Below, one piece after another: positions 19,760 to 30,363 of a stretch of 64,000 nucleotides of DNA. Numbering within the stretch: position 1 is the first letter of the stretch; every line of letters starts with the position of its first letter. Source of the DNA: Candidatus Omnitrophota bacterium (GTDB lineage Bacteria; Omnitrophota; Gorgyraeia; B26-G9); assembly GCA_018817165.1 (NCBI GenBank), contig JAHITY010000099.1, positions 391 through 64,390 of the forward strand, in the 5' to 3' direction. The notes beneath the pieces were generated by a model. That model was not told the origin of the DNA. It did no database searches and worked only from the letters and a program-made list of their open reading frames with translations. Both the position numbers and the translations under genes were made by a program.

Positions 19760-19973
19760 GTTTATAATCTGATATTATATAGTAGTTCATGTGAAAGTAT
19801 AAGATAAAGCAATGCTTCTATTAAGTAATAAAACATCAATATTGATAGCTTAGTGCAATTATAAGTATTTAAAGCATTATATTTGATATATTGTTGAATA
19901 TTGCAATAATGTATCAAATATGATATATTATATATTATAAGAGTCGTTAAAACTTCAAAAGTGAGGTGTTAAT

Positions 19974-20318
19974 ATGATTAAAAATGAAATGTCAGATGAG
20001 GCAATTTTAAATGAGATTGGATTGCGAATTGCTAGATGTAGGTTAAATAAGAATGTGACTCAATCAGCGCTAGCTATTGAATCAGGGGTTTCAACGCCAA
20101 CCATACAGCGTGCAGAAGGAGGTGCGTCAATTCAATTGGTGAAGTTGATACGAATTTTGCGCGCATTAAACTTGATTGAGAATATAGAATTGCTTGTCCC
20201 TGAACTTGCTTTCAGTCCTCTTCAACAACTTAAGATGAAAGGGAAAATAAGACGCCGCGCTTCATTGCTACATGAAAATGAAAAAGCAGCTGACTGGACA
20301 TGGGGGGATGAGGGATGA
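19974..20318 (+). CDS. HipB-like XRE antitoxin
   Basis: TQSALAIESGVSTPTIQRAE HTH; overlaps hipA. Confidence 0.85.
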   Translation: MIKNEMSDEAILNEIGLRIARCRLNKNVTQSALAIESGVSTPTIQRAEGGASIQLVKLIRILRALNLIENIELLVPELAFSPLQQLKMKGKIRRRASLLHENEKAADWTWGDEG

Positions 20319-21610
20319 CTGTTGCAGAAGTAAGACTTTGGGGCAAGAAAATAGGGGCTGTTGCTTGGGATAGCAAAAAGAAAGTTGCGAATTTTGAGTA
20401 CGAGCCTTCCTTTATAAAAAGTGGTATTGAAGTTTCTCCCATAACTATGCCTCTTGATGCCCAAATATATTCCTTTCCAGCTTTGCCATTTGATACTTTC
20501 CACGGGCTTCCTGGATTATTAGCAGATTCTTTGCCAGACAAATATGGAAATGCATTAATTGATGCTTGGCTTGCGAAAGAGGGGAGGTTGCCGGGAAGCT
20601 TTAATTCCGTGGAGCGGCTTTGTTATATTGGAAAACGGGGGATGGGAGCTCTTGAATTTAAGCCTTCACATGAGCCAGGGGGTGGTGTACTAAAAAATAT
20701 CAATATAGAATCCTTGGTTGAACTAGCAAGTGAAATTTTGTCGAAGCGCAACGCTTTTAAAGCTTCTCTTGCAATGCCGACAAGGAAAAAAGCTTTGCAT
20801 GATATATTAAAAGTGGGAACTTCTGCGGGAGGAGCAAGAGCAAAGGCGGTTATTGCTTGGAACCCTAAAACTAAGGAAGTTCGTTCGGGTCAAATTGCTG
20901 CTGAATCAGGCTTTTCTGATTGGATCCTAAAATTTGACGGGGTATCGGCAAATACCGACAAGGAACTTGAAGATACAAAAGGATTTGGTCTTATTGAATA
21001 TGCGTATCATAAAATGGCATTAGGGGCTGGGATACAAATGAGCGAATCTAGTTTGTTATATGAAAATCACAGAAGTCATTTTATGACAAAGAGGTTTGAT
21101 AGAACTGATAAAGGGGAAAAAATACATATGCAATCCTTAAGTGCTCTCGCGCATTATGATTTTAATAGTACGGGGGCATATTCATATGAACAAGCTATTC
21201 AAGTAATGAGAAAATTAAAATTACCGATGATCGAAATAGAAGAACAATTTAGAAGAATTGTCTTTAATATTATAACGAGGAACCAGGATGATCATGTTAA
21301 AAATATAGCCTTCTTAATGAATAAGTTGGGGAAATGGAAACTTTCTCCGGCATTTGATGTTATTTATAGCTATAATCCTTTAGGTATTTGGACGAATATG
21401 CATCAAATGTCTATGAATGGTAAGAGGGATAAATTTAGCAAAGATGATTTTGTGGACTTTGCTAAAAACGCATCAATGAAAAAGGGGATTGCTGAAACTA
21501 TTATTACTCAGGTTAAAGAGGCTGTGAAAAAATGGCCAAATTATGCTAAAGAGGCGGGCATTGCTGAAGAACGACAAAAGTCAATAGCTGCAACTTTCAG
21601 AAAGCTATAA
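20315..21610 (+). CDS. hipA: HipA-family kinase toxin
   Basis: DSLPD, SAGGARAK, NQDDHVKN, LSPAFD. Confidence 0.92.
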   Translation: MTVAEVRLWGKKIGAVAWDSKKKVANFEYEPSFIKSGIEVSPITMPLDAQIYSFPALPFDTFHGLPGLLADSLPDKYGNALIDAWLAKEGRLPGSFNSVERLCYIGKRGMGALEFKPSHEPGGGVLKNINIESLVELASEILSKRNAFKASLAMPTRKKALHDILKVGTSAGGARAKAVIAWNPKTKEVRSGQIAAESGFSDWILKFDGVSANTDKELEDTKGFGLIEYAYHKMALGAGIQMSESSLLYENHRSHFMTKRFDRTDKGEKIHMQSLSALAHYDFNSTGAYSYEQAIQVMRKLKLPMIEIEEQFRRIVFNIITRNQDDHVKNIAFLMNKLGKWKLSPAFDVIYSYNPLGIWTNMHQMSMNGKRDKFSKDDFVDFAKNASMKKGIAETIITQVKEAVKKWPNYAKEAGIAEERQKSIAATFRKL

Positions 21611-21680
21611 AAAATACCTTTAAAAATCAAACAACCAGAAATGTGTTTTGAAATAATTCCGTATAGTCTTTTATCTCTAG

Positions 21681-21750
21681 CCAGTTGCGAAACTCGTCTA
21701 GCCCAGGGAGCTAAAAAATACGGAAGTCTATTTGGGCTTCCGATTTTTTT
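21681..21750 (+). mobile_element. Integrase tail, att scar and hairpin
   Basis: Antisense reads *LPGLDEFRNWLE; CAGGGAGCTA; hairpin CGGAAGTCT..GGGCTTCCG. Confidence 0.75.
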
Positions 21751-21995
21751 ACTGCGTTTTGTTTCTGCGCGGAAGGTGGGATTTTTAATGAAGTATAATT
21801 TATGAAATATCATGAAATTCGCAATTGAATTATCTCCTATTTAATAAAAATAAGAAAACTGTTGCGAGTAATAGGTGAAAGCTTGTTCACTTTCTATAGG
21901 TAAAATTTAAAACACCTTGAATTAATTTATGATTGGAGATACAATTGTATTAATATTTATTCGGATAAATAAAAATCAAATAAAATTCAGGATAT

Positions 21996-23216
21996 ATGAT
22001 GAAAGATTGTTTTAATATTTTAATTTTTAATGGTGGTAGCTCATCATTGACTTATAAGATTTTTCAAGTAGATAATTCTAAGAATATTAAGGTTGTTTCT
22101 TATGGAAAAGCGCATAGGGTAGGGGTTAAAGGCGCCAAATCCTCTTTTATCGAACATTGTCTTAATGCTAAGATATCTAAAAATATAACGCCTATTCCAA
22201 GTCATCAAGCTGCGGCTAGGTTAATATTAAAACATATCGAGGATAATTGTATAAAAATAGATTCTATCGGGCATAGGTTTGTGCATGGGGGGAGTCATTT
22301 TAAAGAATCAATTTTGTTGGATAGGAATACTTTAAGTAAACTCTTGTTATGCTTGCCTTTAGCGCCTCTGCATAATCCTATTTCTTTGTCGGTTATTCAG
22401 GAATCAAGAAAATTTTTCCCTGATTTGCCGCAATATGTTGTTTTTGATTCTGCCTTTCATTCCACTATTCCAGCTCATGCTTATACTTATGCTTTGCCTA
22501 AAAGAATAATAAAAAAATTCGGATTTAGAAAATATGGATTCCATGGATTATCTTATTCTTATGTAGCTAGGGAAGTGCCTGTATTTTTAAAAGATAAATC
22601 GAAAAATCTTCGGATCGTTGCTTGTCATCTCGGTACCGGCGGTTCAAGCGTAGCTGCGATTAAAGGCGGCCGATCCGTAGATAATTCTATGGGGTATTCT
22701 CCGCTTTGCGGACTGGTTATGAGTACTCGTTGCGGGGATATTGATCCGATGCTTATGATTTATCTCATGAAAATCTATGACTATCGTCCAGATGAATTAA
22801 TGGATATTTTAAATACGAAAAGCGGTCTTTTGGGAATTTCCGGTTTTTCAAGTGATATTACCGATATAATACAGCGCATTGAAGGAGAAAAAGAAATAGA
22901 CAGGGCGAGCCTTGCTTTGAATATGTATATTCACCGTTTAAGAAAATATATTGGAAGTTATATTGTTGCTCTCGGGGGTGTGGATGCATTAGTATTTACG
23001 GATGATATTGGGGTTCATAACTGGCAGGTAAGAGAAAAGGTTTGCCAGGGCATGGAGTGGGCCGGTATAGTTTTGGACCGTAAGGTAAATCGTAAAATTA
23101 GCGGTAATGAAGTTTCATTGGTAAATGACGCTTGCTCTAAAGTAAAAATAGTGCTTCTTCCTGCTGAAGAAGAATTGATTATTTGTCTTGAGGGAACTAA
23201 ACTGTTGAGGTTGTAA
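21996..23216 (+). CDS. ackA: Acetate/propionate kinase family protein
   Basis: NGGSSS, GHRFVHGG, PLAPLHN, RKYGFHG, STRCGD. Confidence 0.85.
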   Translation: MMKDCFNILIFNGGSSSLTYKIFQVDNSKNIKVVSYGKAHRVGVKGAKSSFIEHCLNAKISKNITPIPSHQAAARLILKHIEDNCIKIDSIGHRFVHGGSHFKESILLDRNTLSKLLLCLPLAPLHNPISLSVIQESRKFFPDLPQYVVFDSAFHSTIPAHAYTYALPKRIIKKFGFRKYGFHGLSYSYVAREVPVFLKDKSKNLRIVACHLGTGGSSVAAIKGGRSVDNSMGYSPLCGLVMSTRCGDIDPMLMIYLMKIYDYRPDELMDILNTKSGLLGISGFSSDITDIIQRIEGEKEIDRASLALNMYIHRLRKYIGSYIVALGGVDALVFTDDIGVHNWQVREKVCQGMEWAGIVLDRKVNRKISGNEVSLVNDACSKVKIVLLPAEEELIICLEGTKLLRL

Positions 23217-24278
23217 ATGATATTAATATTTGATCCATCCTTTTCCGCTTTACGCTGGTGTAATATAGAGGGTGAAAATTGTTCAGAATTTAAATGTGAG
23301 TTTAGCCCGGGATGGTTTGATCGGGTTATGAAAAGTATTGGTAATGTTAAGGAAATCGAAGCCATAGGTTATGTTTTATACCATGGTGGTGAAATTATTA
23401 GAAATCCCGTTGAAATTATTTCTTTGGAATTAATCAAAAAGCTGGAACAATGTGTTAAGTTTGATCCGGAGCGTAATGATTTAACTTTGAAAATTATTAT
23501 GCAATGTATCCGGCAATTTAAAGAAATAAAACATATTTTGCTTTGTGATACTGCCTTTTTTGCGGATTTGCCTGAGGAGGTAAGTACTTATGCGGTTCCT
23601 TATGAATTGCGGGAAAAGGGGATTAGGCGATATGGCAGGCAAGGTTTAAGTCATCAGTGGGCATGGGTGCAAACTAAAGCACTCGCGGAAAAAAATATTT
23701 GTAATGCCATAAGCGTTTATTTGGGCAATCATACCAATATGGTTGCGATAAAAAAAAGTAAAGCCCAAGAGACAAGCGTGGGTTTTACAAGTGTGGAAGG
23801 GATAATATCCACAGTAAGCTGTGGGGATATAGATCCTACTGTTATTTTTCAGATGCATTCTACCGGTATGTCCTTTAGGACAATAAATAGTATATTATCT
23901 CAAGAAAGTGGTTTTAAGGCTTTGTTAGGTAAAAAAAGCAGCTTATCCGATATTTTAAGCAAAAAGGGGAGTTCTAAGGAAATTGCTTTGCGGGAGATTT
24001 ATTGTTACAATATTTTAAAATATTTGGGTGGTTTTATTTCCTCGATTGGCGGGGTGGATACGCTAATATTTATTGGTGAAGATATAAACCAGGCTGTACC
24101 TTTTATTCGTGAAATTTGCTGCAGACTAAGATTTCTTGGGTTAAAACTTAAACGAAGCGTGACTAAAAGTGGAACATTATTTAATTTAACAACAAAGGAT
24201 TCTCCGATCAAAGTTTTTTGTTTAAAATATAATAAATGGAAAGTTTTAGCTTATTGGGCTAAGGAGGGATTGAGATGA
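23217..24278 (+). CDS. Degenerate acetate-kinase paralog
   Basis: Collinear with AckA but GYVLYHGG, DPERN and RRYGRQG replace the catalytic motifs. Confidence 0.75.
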   Translation: MILIFDPSFSALRWCNIEGENCSEFKCEFSPGWFDRVMKSIGNVKEIEAIGYVLYHGGEIIRNPVEIISLELIKKLEQCVKFDPERNDLTLKIIMQCIRQFKEIKHILLCDTAFFADLPEEVSTYAVPYELREKGIRRYGRQGLSHQWAWVQTKALAEKNICNAISVYLGNHTNMVAIKKSKAQETSVGFTSVEGIISTVSCGDIDPTVIFQMHSTGMSFRTINSILSQESGFKALLGKKSSLSDILSKKGSSKEIALREIYCYNILKYLGGFISSIGGVDTLIFIGEDINQAVPFIREICCRLRFLGLKLKRSVTKSGTLFNLTTKDSPIKVFCLKYNKWKVLAYWAKEGLR

Positions 24279-25063
24279 AAAAAGAGAAGCGTTATCTTGA
24301 AGATGTGGGCATGAAAAATTTACCATTTCCCATGAATGTTGTATCCAAAGTTAGTAAAGACGGGCAATTTACGATTGCCGATATTTCTATTTCTGCGCGG
24401 ATTATGCAGGAATTTGAAGCTGATTGGATCGATAAGTTTATCCAGATTGTGCATAACCATCGTGATCGAATAGGGACAAAAACGCTTAAAGTTAATATCA
24501 AGGATTATGTCAAACAGTTGAATGCTTCAACAGTAAAAATTGATTTTAAGTATCCATTTTTTATTGAGAAGCGCACGCCTGTATCCAAAGAAAAATGTTT
24601 AGTTAGGTACCTGTGTACTTATTCGGTTAAGTCTAATGGAGAAGCAAAACCTACTGTTATTTTTAAGATAAAGATTCCCTGTATAACTACATATCCTGTA
24701 TCATTTGAAAAATCCGGGGGGCTTTTTGGTCAATTAAGTACAATGGTTATAGAAACAGAATCAAAAAAAGATATTTATCCTGAGGATCTGGTTGCGCTTG
24801 TGGATAAACATGCTTTAGTTCCGATATACTCATTTTTAACCAGAGAAGACCAGGAGTTTGTTATTCAGAAAATACATTCAGAAAAGAAAACTAGCGTTGT
24901 GCTGGTTGATGAAGTGAAAGATGAACTAGCCCGGATGCAAAATATTGAATCATACAAGGTTGATTGTTTTAACTTTGGGATGCTGCATTCTTATGGGACA
25001 TCTATTGGAACCGCAAAAAGCATGTGGATCCCCGGAAGTTCTTTTGAAGAAAATGAAATATAA
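24275..25063 (+). CDS. GTP cyclohydrolase IB (FolE2)-like protein, divergent
   Basis: FPYFIEK..PVS..YxC-like and EDL..LV..P.Y..L.R.D patterns; CPCS, HNQR and ESIH motifs are altered. Confidence 0.7.
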   Translation: MKKEKRYLEDVGMKNLPFPMNVVSKVSKDGQFTIADISISARIMQEFEADWIDKFIQIVHNHRDRIGTKTLKVNIKDYVKQLNASTVKIDFKYPFFIEKRTPVSKEKCLVRYLCTYSVKSNGEAKPTVIFKIKIPCITTYPVSFEKSGGLFGQLSTMVIETESKKDIYPEDLVALVDKHALVPIYSFLTREDQEFVIQKIHSEKKTSVVLVDEVKDELARMQNIESYKVDCFNFGMLHSYGTSIGTAKSMWIPGSSFEENEI

Positions 25064-25199
25064 TAGTTGATTTTTGCGATAAAAGGGGTCATATTGGAAA
25101 ATGTTGATAGAATAATAGCTTCTAGATACTGGGAGATCTTAAATCAGGACATTTTTTAGTGAAAGAGGAAGCCTGAAATATAATTATAAAGTTTTGAGT

Positions 25200-25243
25200 T
25201 AAAAGTAAAACCTTCGCCAGAAAAAGGCGGGGGTTTTTGTTTG
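25200..25243 (+). terminator. Terminator-like hairpin in the MATE leader, same family as 1660 and 38140
   Basis: AAAAGTAAAACCTTCGCC..GGCGGGGGTTTTTG. Confidence 0.55.
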
Positions 25244-25361
25244 TTATTTTTGTTGCTTTGGATTTGATGGGGTATCATATTGTATTTTCTTTACAGGGAA
25301 TTATTGGATAAATATTAAACGATACTTTATTATAATAATACAACTGATTTAGAGGAAAGAA

Positions 25362-26711
25362 ATGGTTAAACTTGTTAAAAATAGCGTAAAAATAACTATT
25401 TTTAGAATGGCATTCCCGATGCTTATGGGGACTTTTGCGATGAATGCTTATCATCTTACAGATACTTGGTTTGTGTCAAGATTAGGGACAGAGGCTTTGG
25501 CCGCAATGGCCTTTACTTTTCCGGTTGTTATGTTTCTTAACTTTGTCGCAAGGGGATTAGGTACAGGCTCCATGACTTTGGTTTCGCATGCTTTAGGTCA
25601 AAAGGATGAAAAAAAAGCCGCAGCTCTAACAACTCATGCTTTTTTTCTTGCTGCGATAATAGTTGTTTTTATATCAACTGTTGGGATTATGACAATTCAG
25701 CCATTATTTAGATTTTTGGGAGCAGGCCCAGAAATATTACCGCTGGTAGAAGGGTATATGAGAATCTTGTACTTAGGAATGGTTTTTATGATCATCCCCA
25801 TGATGGCCGGTGATATTATTATTTCTACTGGGGATTCAAAGTCTGCAAGTTTATTGATGCTTGGTGGGGCTGTAATTAATATGATCTTGGATCCTATTTT
25901 GATTTTTGGTTTATTTGGCTTTCCTAAAATGGGTATTAGTGGTGCCGCATTGGGAACAGTGGTTTCGCAGTTTTTTATTTTTGTTGCGGCTTTATTTATT
26001 TTGCATTATCGGCATAATCTGATTTGTTTTTTATCAAATTCCAGAGAATTGATAATTATATCTTGGAAGAAAATACTGCATATAAGTATTCCTAGTATTT
26101 TTAGTATGATGTTAGTTCCTTTATCTCATGGAGTGATCACTCGGATTATTGCAGGTTTTGGATCTGCGGCGGTTGCTGCTACTGGAGCTGCTGTTCGAAT
26201 CGAAATGTTTGCTTTTATGATTCCCATGACAGTGGGCATGTCTTTGATGCCTTTTGTCAGTCAGAATTATGGCGCGGGTAGAATGGATCGAATAAAAGAA
26301 GCGTCTAAGTTTACTATTCTTTTTGCTATTTGTTATGGGTTTTTAATTGTAGTTGTGTTTTATATGATCGCGCCTTATTTTGGTAGGATATTTTCAAAAG
26401 ATCCTGAGGTGATCAAAGTTTTGGTTATGTATATTAGAATAGTTTCGTTTGGATATGGAATGGCAGAAGTTCATCGTTATTCAGGTTTTTATTTAATGGG
26501 GCTGCATAGACCGATTGCCGCGGCAATATTGAATATTGTGCGTGTTTTGGTTCTTTTGATTCCGCTATCATTTTTGGGAGCACGCTTTTTTGGGATTAAA
26601 GGCGCGTTTTTTGGGCGGCTTTTTGCGGATATTCTTGCTGGTATGATCGGAATAATCTGTACAGTTAATGTTCTTAAATCAACGGACTTTCCTAAATCCA
26701 GACATCAATAA
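25362..26711 (+). CDS. MATE-family efflux transporter
   Basis: About 12 TM; NMILDPILIFG, MGISGAALGT, SQNYGA. Confidence 0.92.
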   Translation: MVKLVKNSVKITIFRMAFPMLMGTFAMNAYHLTDTWFVSRLGTEALAAMAFTFPVVMFLNFVARGLGTGSMTLVSHALGQKDEKKAAALTTHAFFLAAIIVVFISTVGIMTIQPLFRFLGAGPEILPLVEGYMRILYLGMVFMIIPMMAGDIIISTGDSKSASLLMLGGAVINMILDPILIFGLFGFPKMGISGAALGTVVSQFFIFVAALFILHYRHNLICFLSNSRELIIISWKKILHISIPSIFSMMLVPLSHGVITRIIAGFGSAAVAATGAAVRIEMFAFMIPMTVGMSLMPFVSQNYGAGRMDRIKEASKFTILFAICYGFLIVVVFYMIAPYFGRIFSKDPEVIKVLVMYIRIVSFGYGMAEVHRYSGFYLMGLHRPIAAAILNIVRVLVLLIPLSFLGARFFGIKGAFFGRLFADILAGMIGIICTVNVLKSTDFPKSRHQ

Positions 26712-27250
26712 GCAAAATATTTGAATGACAAAGGTTATTCCTAGTATAGGAATGTGTGACAGCTATAGAATGCAAAGAATGTTTTAACAAGAAAATAATT
26801 ATTATTATCGGGGTACTCTTTGTTGCGTAAGGGACGGTTACATTATTAGGTTTAGCCATATTTAATTGGCAAAGCAGGGACTTGAAAAAAAATAATAAAA
26901 TCAGAAAGCCCCAGAATCATTTTTTAAATTTCCAGGATTAAAGATAAACATTGTTTTATTCTTTTCTAGTCATATAATTATATTTAGCTTATCCTGGGGG
27001 TAAAAACTTGTTAATAAAAAAAACAAGGGCCGACATTTATATTTTTTATGAGAGGAATTAGCGTATTATTTAACAGGGGTTTCCTTGCAATATTCTTTGG
27101 GAAAAGGGGATGGTGTTAAATTGAATATTAATCGTATTTCATCCGAAAGTTAATAATCGGCGCTTAAGTAAAAAAATGAAGAATATTTTTGATGAATAAT
27201 TTAAAAGAATAAAAAATTGATTTATGGAATAATGGGAGGCAAATTAAGCT

Positions 27251-27466
27251 ATGTCGATAAAAAGCATAAATGGATGTATTGGCTGCGGTACATGCGTAAA
27301 GACATGCCCCACAGATGTAATTCGCTTAGATTTAAAAACTGGAAAGGCTAAAATTACCTTTCCAGAGGATTGTCAGATATGTCATTTATGTAGGATGTAT
27401 TGTCCTGTTGATGCTATTACTATCTCACCGGAGAAATCAATTCCGGTTATTATTTCCTGGGGGTAA
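27251..27466 (+). CDS. 2x[4Fe-4S] ferredoxin
   Basis: CIGCGTCVKTCP and CQICHLCRMYCP. Confidence 0.92.
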   Translation: MSIKSINGCIGCGTCVKTCPTDVIRLDLKTGKAKITFPEDCQICHLCRMYCPVDAITISPEKSIPVIISWG

Positions 27467-27469
27467 AAA

Positions 27470-28114
27470 ATGAAAGAAAAATCAAGATTAAATTATCTTA
27501 TTCCCTGGCTGCTATTTTATCTAGTAATCCCATTTTCATATTTGCTTCTTGGTAATTTTCCAAAACGGACTGTATTAAAAAATGCTATTTCTTTTTTGAC
27601 CTTAGGCGCGTATTTTATCATGCTTGGACAGTTTTATCTGAGCCGTAGCAATGTGATTATGCTGAGAGGACAGAAAATGTCTAAGGTTTTTAAACTGCAT
27701 AAGGTTCTGAGCTATATTTTTATTCCGATTCTTATATCGCATCCTTTTTTAATCGTTGTCCCTCGATTTTTTGAATCAGGAGTGGAGCCTATCGAAGCGT
27801 TCAGAACAATAATGACAACCTTTGGAAGCAGGGGAATTGTTCTTGGTATTTTTGCGATGGTTCTTATGCTTTTTCTCGGCATAACCTCGATTTTTCAAAA
27901 AAAAATGCAAAGAAACTATAGATCGTGGAGAATATCACACGGGCTTTTATCCAGTGTTTTTATTGTTTTAGCAACATGGCATGCTGTTGATCTTGGACGG
28001 CATACAGATATTATTCTGTCGGCATATATGATAATTCTTTTGACAGGGGGTATTTTCCTTTTAATAAGAACCTATTTTATAGAGATGCAAAGAGGAGATT
28101 CTAGAAATGGATGA
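27470..28114 (+). CDS. Ferric-reductase-like transmembrane (heme b) protein
   Basis: About 6 TM with His in LHK, SHP, SHG and WHA. Confidence 0.75.
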   Translation: MKEKSRLNYLIPWLLFYLVIPFSYLLLGNFPKRTVLKNAISFLTLGAYFIMLGQFYLSRSNVIMLRGQKMSKVFKLHKVLSYIFIPILISHPFLIVVPRFFESGVEPIEAFRTIMTTFGSRGIVLGIFAMVLMLFLGITSIFQKKMQRNYRSWRISHGLLSSVFIVLATWHAVDLGRHTDIILSAYMIILLTGGIFLLIRTYFIEMQRGDSRNG

Positions 28115-29834
28115 AAAAGCTGAAAATAAAATTTCACGTCGACAATTTCTGGGACTTGCGGGTGGAGTTATCGGAGCAGGAGTACTTGCTTCAATAGGAT
28201 TGAATCCTTGGTTGACTAAAAATAAAAGAGAACTTGATTTGGACAGTATAGAATATCAAGAAAATGAAACCGACATTCTTGTTATTGGCGGGGGAATGGC
28301 AGGTCTTTTTGCGGCAGTAAAAGGTTATGATGCTGGTTCAAAAGTGCTTATGGTATCCAAGGGACGGCTTGGGACTTCAGGGCAAACACCTTTTGCTAAA
28401 GGAATGTTCGTTTATGATTCCTCTCAAGAAAAATTGAGTCTTGATGCGTTTACGGCTAAAGTTTCTGCTTCGGCTTTAAAGACAAATAATCCTGTTTATA
28501 CGCGACAGATGGCCGAACATTCAATGGCTAGAGTTAATGAATTGAAGAAATGGGGATTTTTTTCTTCCGTCTTTTGTCACAATGCTTTTATGAAGCCGAT
28601 TAAAGAAAGAAATATTCCTGTGATGGAACGAATTATGATTACTCATCTGATCAAGGGAAATGGGAAAATCGCAGGAGCAGCAGGTTTTAGCTTCGACGAT
28701 GCAAAGATTCATATTTTTAAGTCAAAATCTGTTATTTTGTGTACAGGTGCGGGTGGTTTTAAACCCAATGGATTTCCTATTTGTGATCTTACTCATGATG
28801 GGACGGTGATGGCTTATAATATTGGAGCTAAGGTGACGGGTAAGGAGTGGAACGACGGGCATTCCGGTATGGCAGAAAATGCCGCGGACTGTTATAACGG
28901 TTGGCACGGGATGTTCGAAAGAACTCCGGGTGTTACCGGTATAGAAGTTCATCACGATCTTGGAGTAGATGAAAACTATCAGGCTTATATGTTGGGAAAT
29001 CCTGTTAAGAGTGGGCCGGGTCGGTCTGCGGGGAAAACAGTTCAAGGTGGTCCGTACACTCCCGAAGAGTTTATTAGGCAAATGCCTTCAGGCGGAGATG
29101 GTCCTAGTGTGGATGGTGGTCATGAAGGTGGGGCGCCGAGTGGTCCGAGTGGTGCCTCTGTTGGTGGTTCCTCTGCTGGAATGTCTATTCATAAGTCTGA
29201 AGGTTTAGTTCCAATAAATGAGAAAGGAGAGTCAAATATCCCGGGTCTTTACGCCGCAGGCGATGCTTTGGGTTCATATATGGCAGGAGCAATCTATACT
29301 CAGATTGGCTCATCTCTTTCGGGTTCGGCAGTTCAGGGGGCGATTGTTTCGGAAGCTGCTGCAGAATATTGCAAGAAAACCGAGTCATCAGAAATATCTA
29401 CAAAATCTCTGACTATCATTAAAAAAGAAATTCTTGCGCCATTGAAGAGGGATACAGGATATAGCCCGGCATGGGTAACTCAAATTCTTCAGGGGATAAT
29501 GATTCCAAATTTTGTTATCTATATTAAGAAAGAACGTATTCTTAATGCGGCATTGGCTTATGTTGAAGAACTTCGTGATCACCATGTTCCTATGCTTAGA
29601 GCTGCTAATTTGCATGAGCTTAGATTGGCGCATGAAACTTCAAATATGATTATAAATGCTGAAATGAAATTAAGGGCGTCTTTAATGCGTAAAGAAAGCC
29701 GTTGTTCTCATTACCGGCTTGATTATCCTGATATTGATTATCAAAATTGGCAGGCATGGATAAATATTTCTAAGGATGTCAATGGTTTTATGAAGCTGGA
29801 AAAACAAGCATTTAGCAAATGGCCGGGGTATTAA
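28107..29834 (+). CDS. Tat-exported FAD flavoprotein, SdhA/FrdA/AprA superfamily
   Basis: SRRQFL; GGGMAG; GLYAAGD; RKESRCSHYRLDYP. Confidence 0.85.
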   Translation: MDEKAENKISRRQFLGLAGGVIGAGVLASIGLNPWLTKNKRELDLDSIEYQENETDILVIGGGMAGLFAAVKGYDAGSKVLMVSKGRLGTSGQTPFAKGMFVYDSSQEKLSLDAFTAKVSASALKTNNPVYTRQMAEHSMARVNELKKWGFFSSVFCHNAFMKPIKERNIPVMERIMITHLIKGNGKIAGAAGFSFDDAKIHIFKSKSVILCTGAGGFKPNGFPICDLTHDGTVMAYNIGAKVTGKEWNDGHSGMAENAADCYNGWHGMFERTPGVTGIEVHHDLGVDENYQAYMLGNPVKSGPGRSAGKTVQGGPYTPEEFIRQMPSGGDGPSVDGGHEGGAPSGPSGASVGGSSAGMSIHKSEGLVPINEKGESNIPGLYAAGDALGSYMAGAIYTQIGSSLSGSAVQGAIVSEAAAEYCKKTESSEISTKSLTIIKKEILAPLKRDTGYSPAWVTQILQGIMIPNFVIYIKKERILNAALAYVEELRDHHVPMLRAANLHELRLAHETSNMIINAEMKLRASLMRKESRCSHYRLDYPDIDYQNWQAWINISKDVNGFMKLEKQAFSKWPGY

Positions 29835-30150
29835 GATTAGGGGTTTATTTGATTATTTATTATACTAAATAAGATGCTTGATTGCGAAGCATTAAAGTTA
29901 TGTATAGGTCCTGTTATTTATATGCTTTAATAATAGAAGTTAAATCGGCTAATACCAGAAAGGTTATAAAACAAAAACAACAGAGTTTTTGATGCAGGGA
30001 TAAGATATAATTACATTAAGGGATAGTCTTTGGGCTATCCCTTTTTTTATAGATTTTTTATTAAGATGGAAACTTTTTTAAAAAAATAGTATCTAAATAA
30101 GTATAAGAGGGATTAATAAGGATATTAAAGGACTAATTAAAGGAGCTGAT

Positions 30151-30318
30151 ATGAATAAACCAATTCTAATAACTATTGTATTATTAATTTCCGCTACGTT
30201 TGTATTTAACTTGCAGGATCAACCCAAAAACCAAAATGAAATGCATTTAAAAATCCAGAAACGAGCAGCACAAGCAGTTATAGTAATTAAAGATTCCTCT
30301 GAGTTTGAAAAAATATAA
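30151..30318 (+). CDS. Small membrane-anchored or secreted hypothetical peptide (55 aa)
   Basis: AAGGAG RBS; MNKPILITIVLLISATFVF. Confidence 0.4.
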   Translation: MNKPILITIVLLISATFVFNLQDQPKNQNEMHLKIQKRAAQAVIVIKDSSEFEKI

Positions 30319-30363
30319 AATAAATAATTTACCCAAAATCTTGATTAACAATAAGGCTATCCA

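Noticed and set aside
27251-29834. Dissimilatory APS reductase aprBA
   Set aside because: Tat signal, short ferredoxin without the AprB tail, and no sat, qmo or dsr genes nearby
30020-30048. Additional att scar (hairpin GGGATAGTC-TTT-GGGCTATCCC resembles the scar hairpins)
   Set aside because: No recognisable GGGGAGCCA core or integrase tail upstream; may be an ordinary terminator
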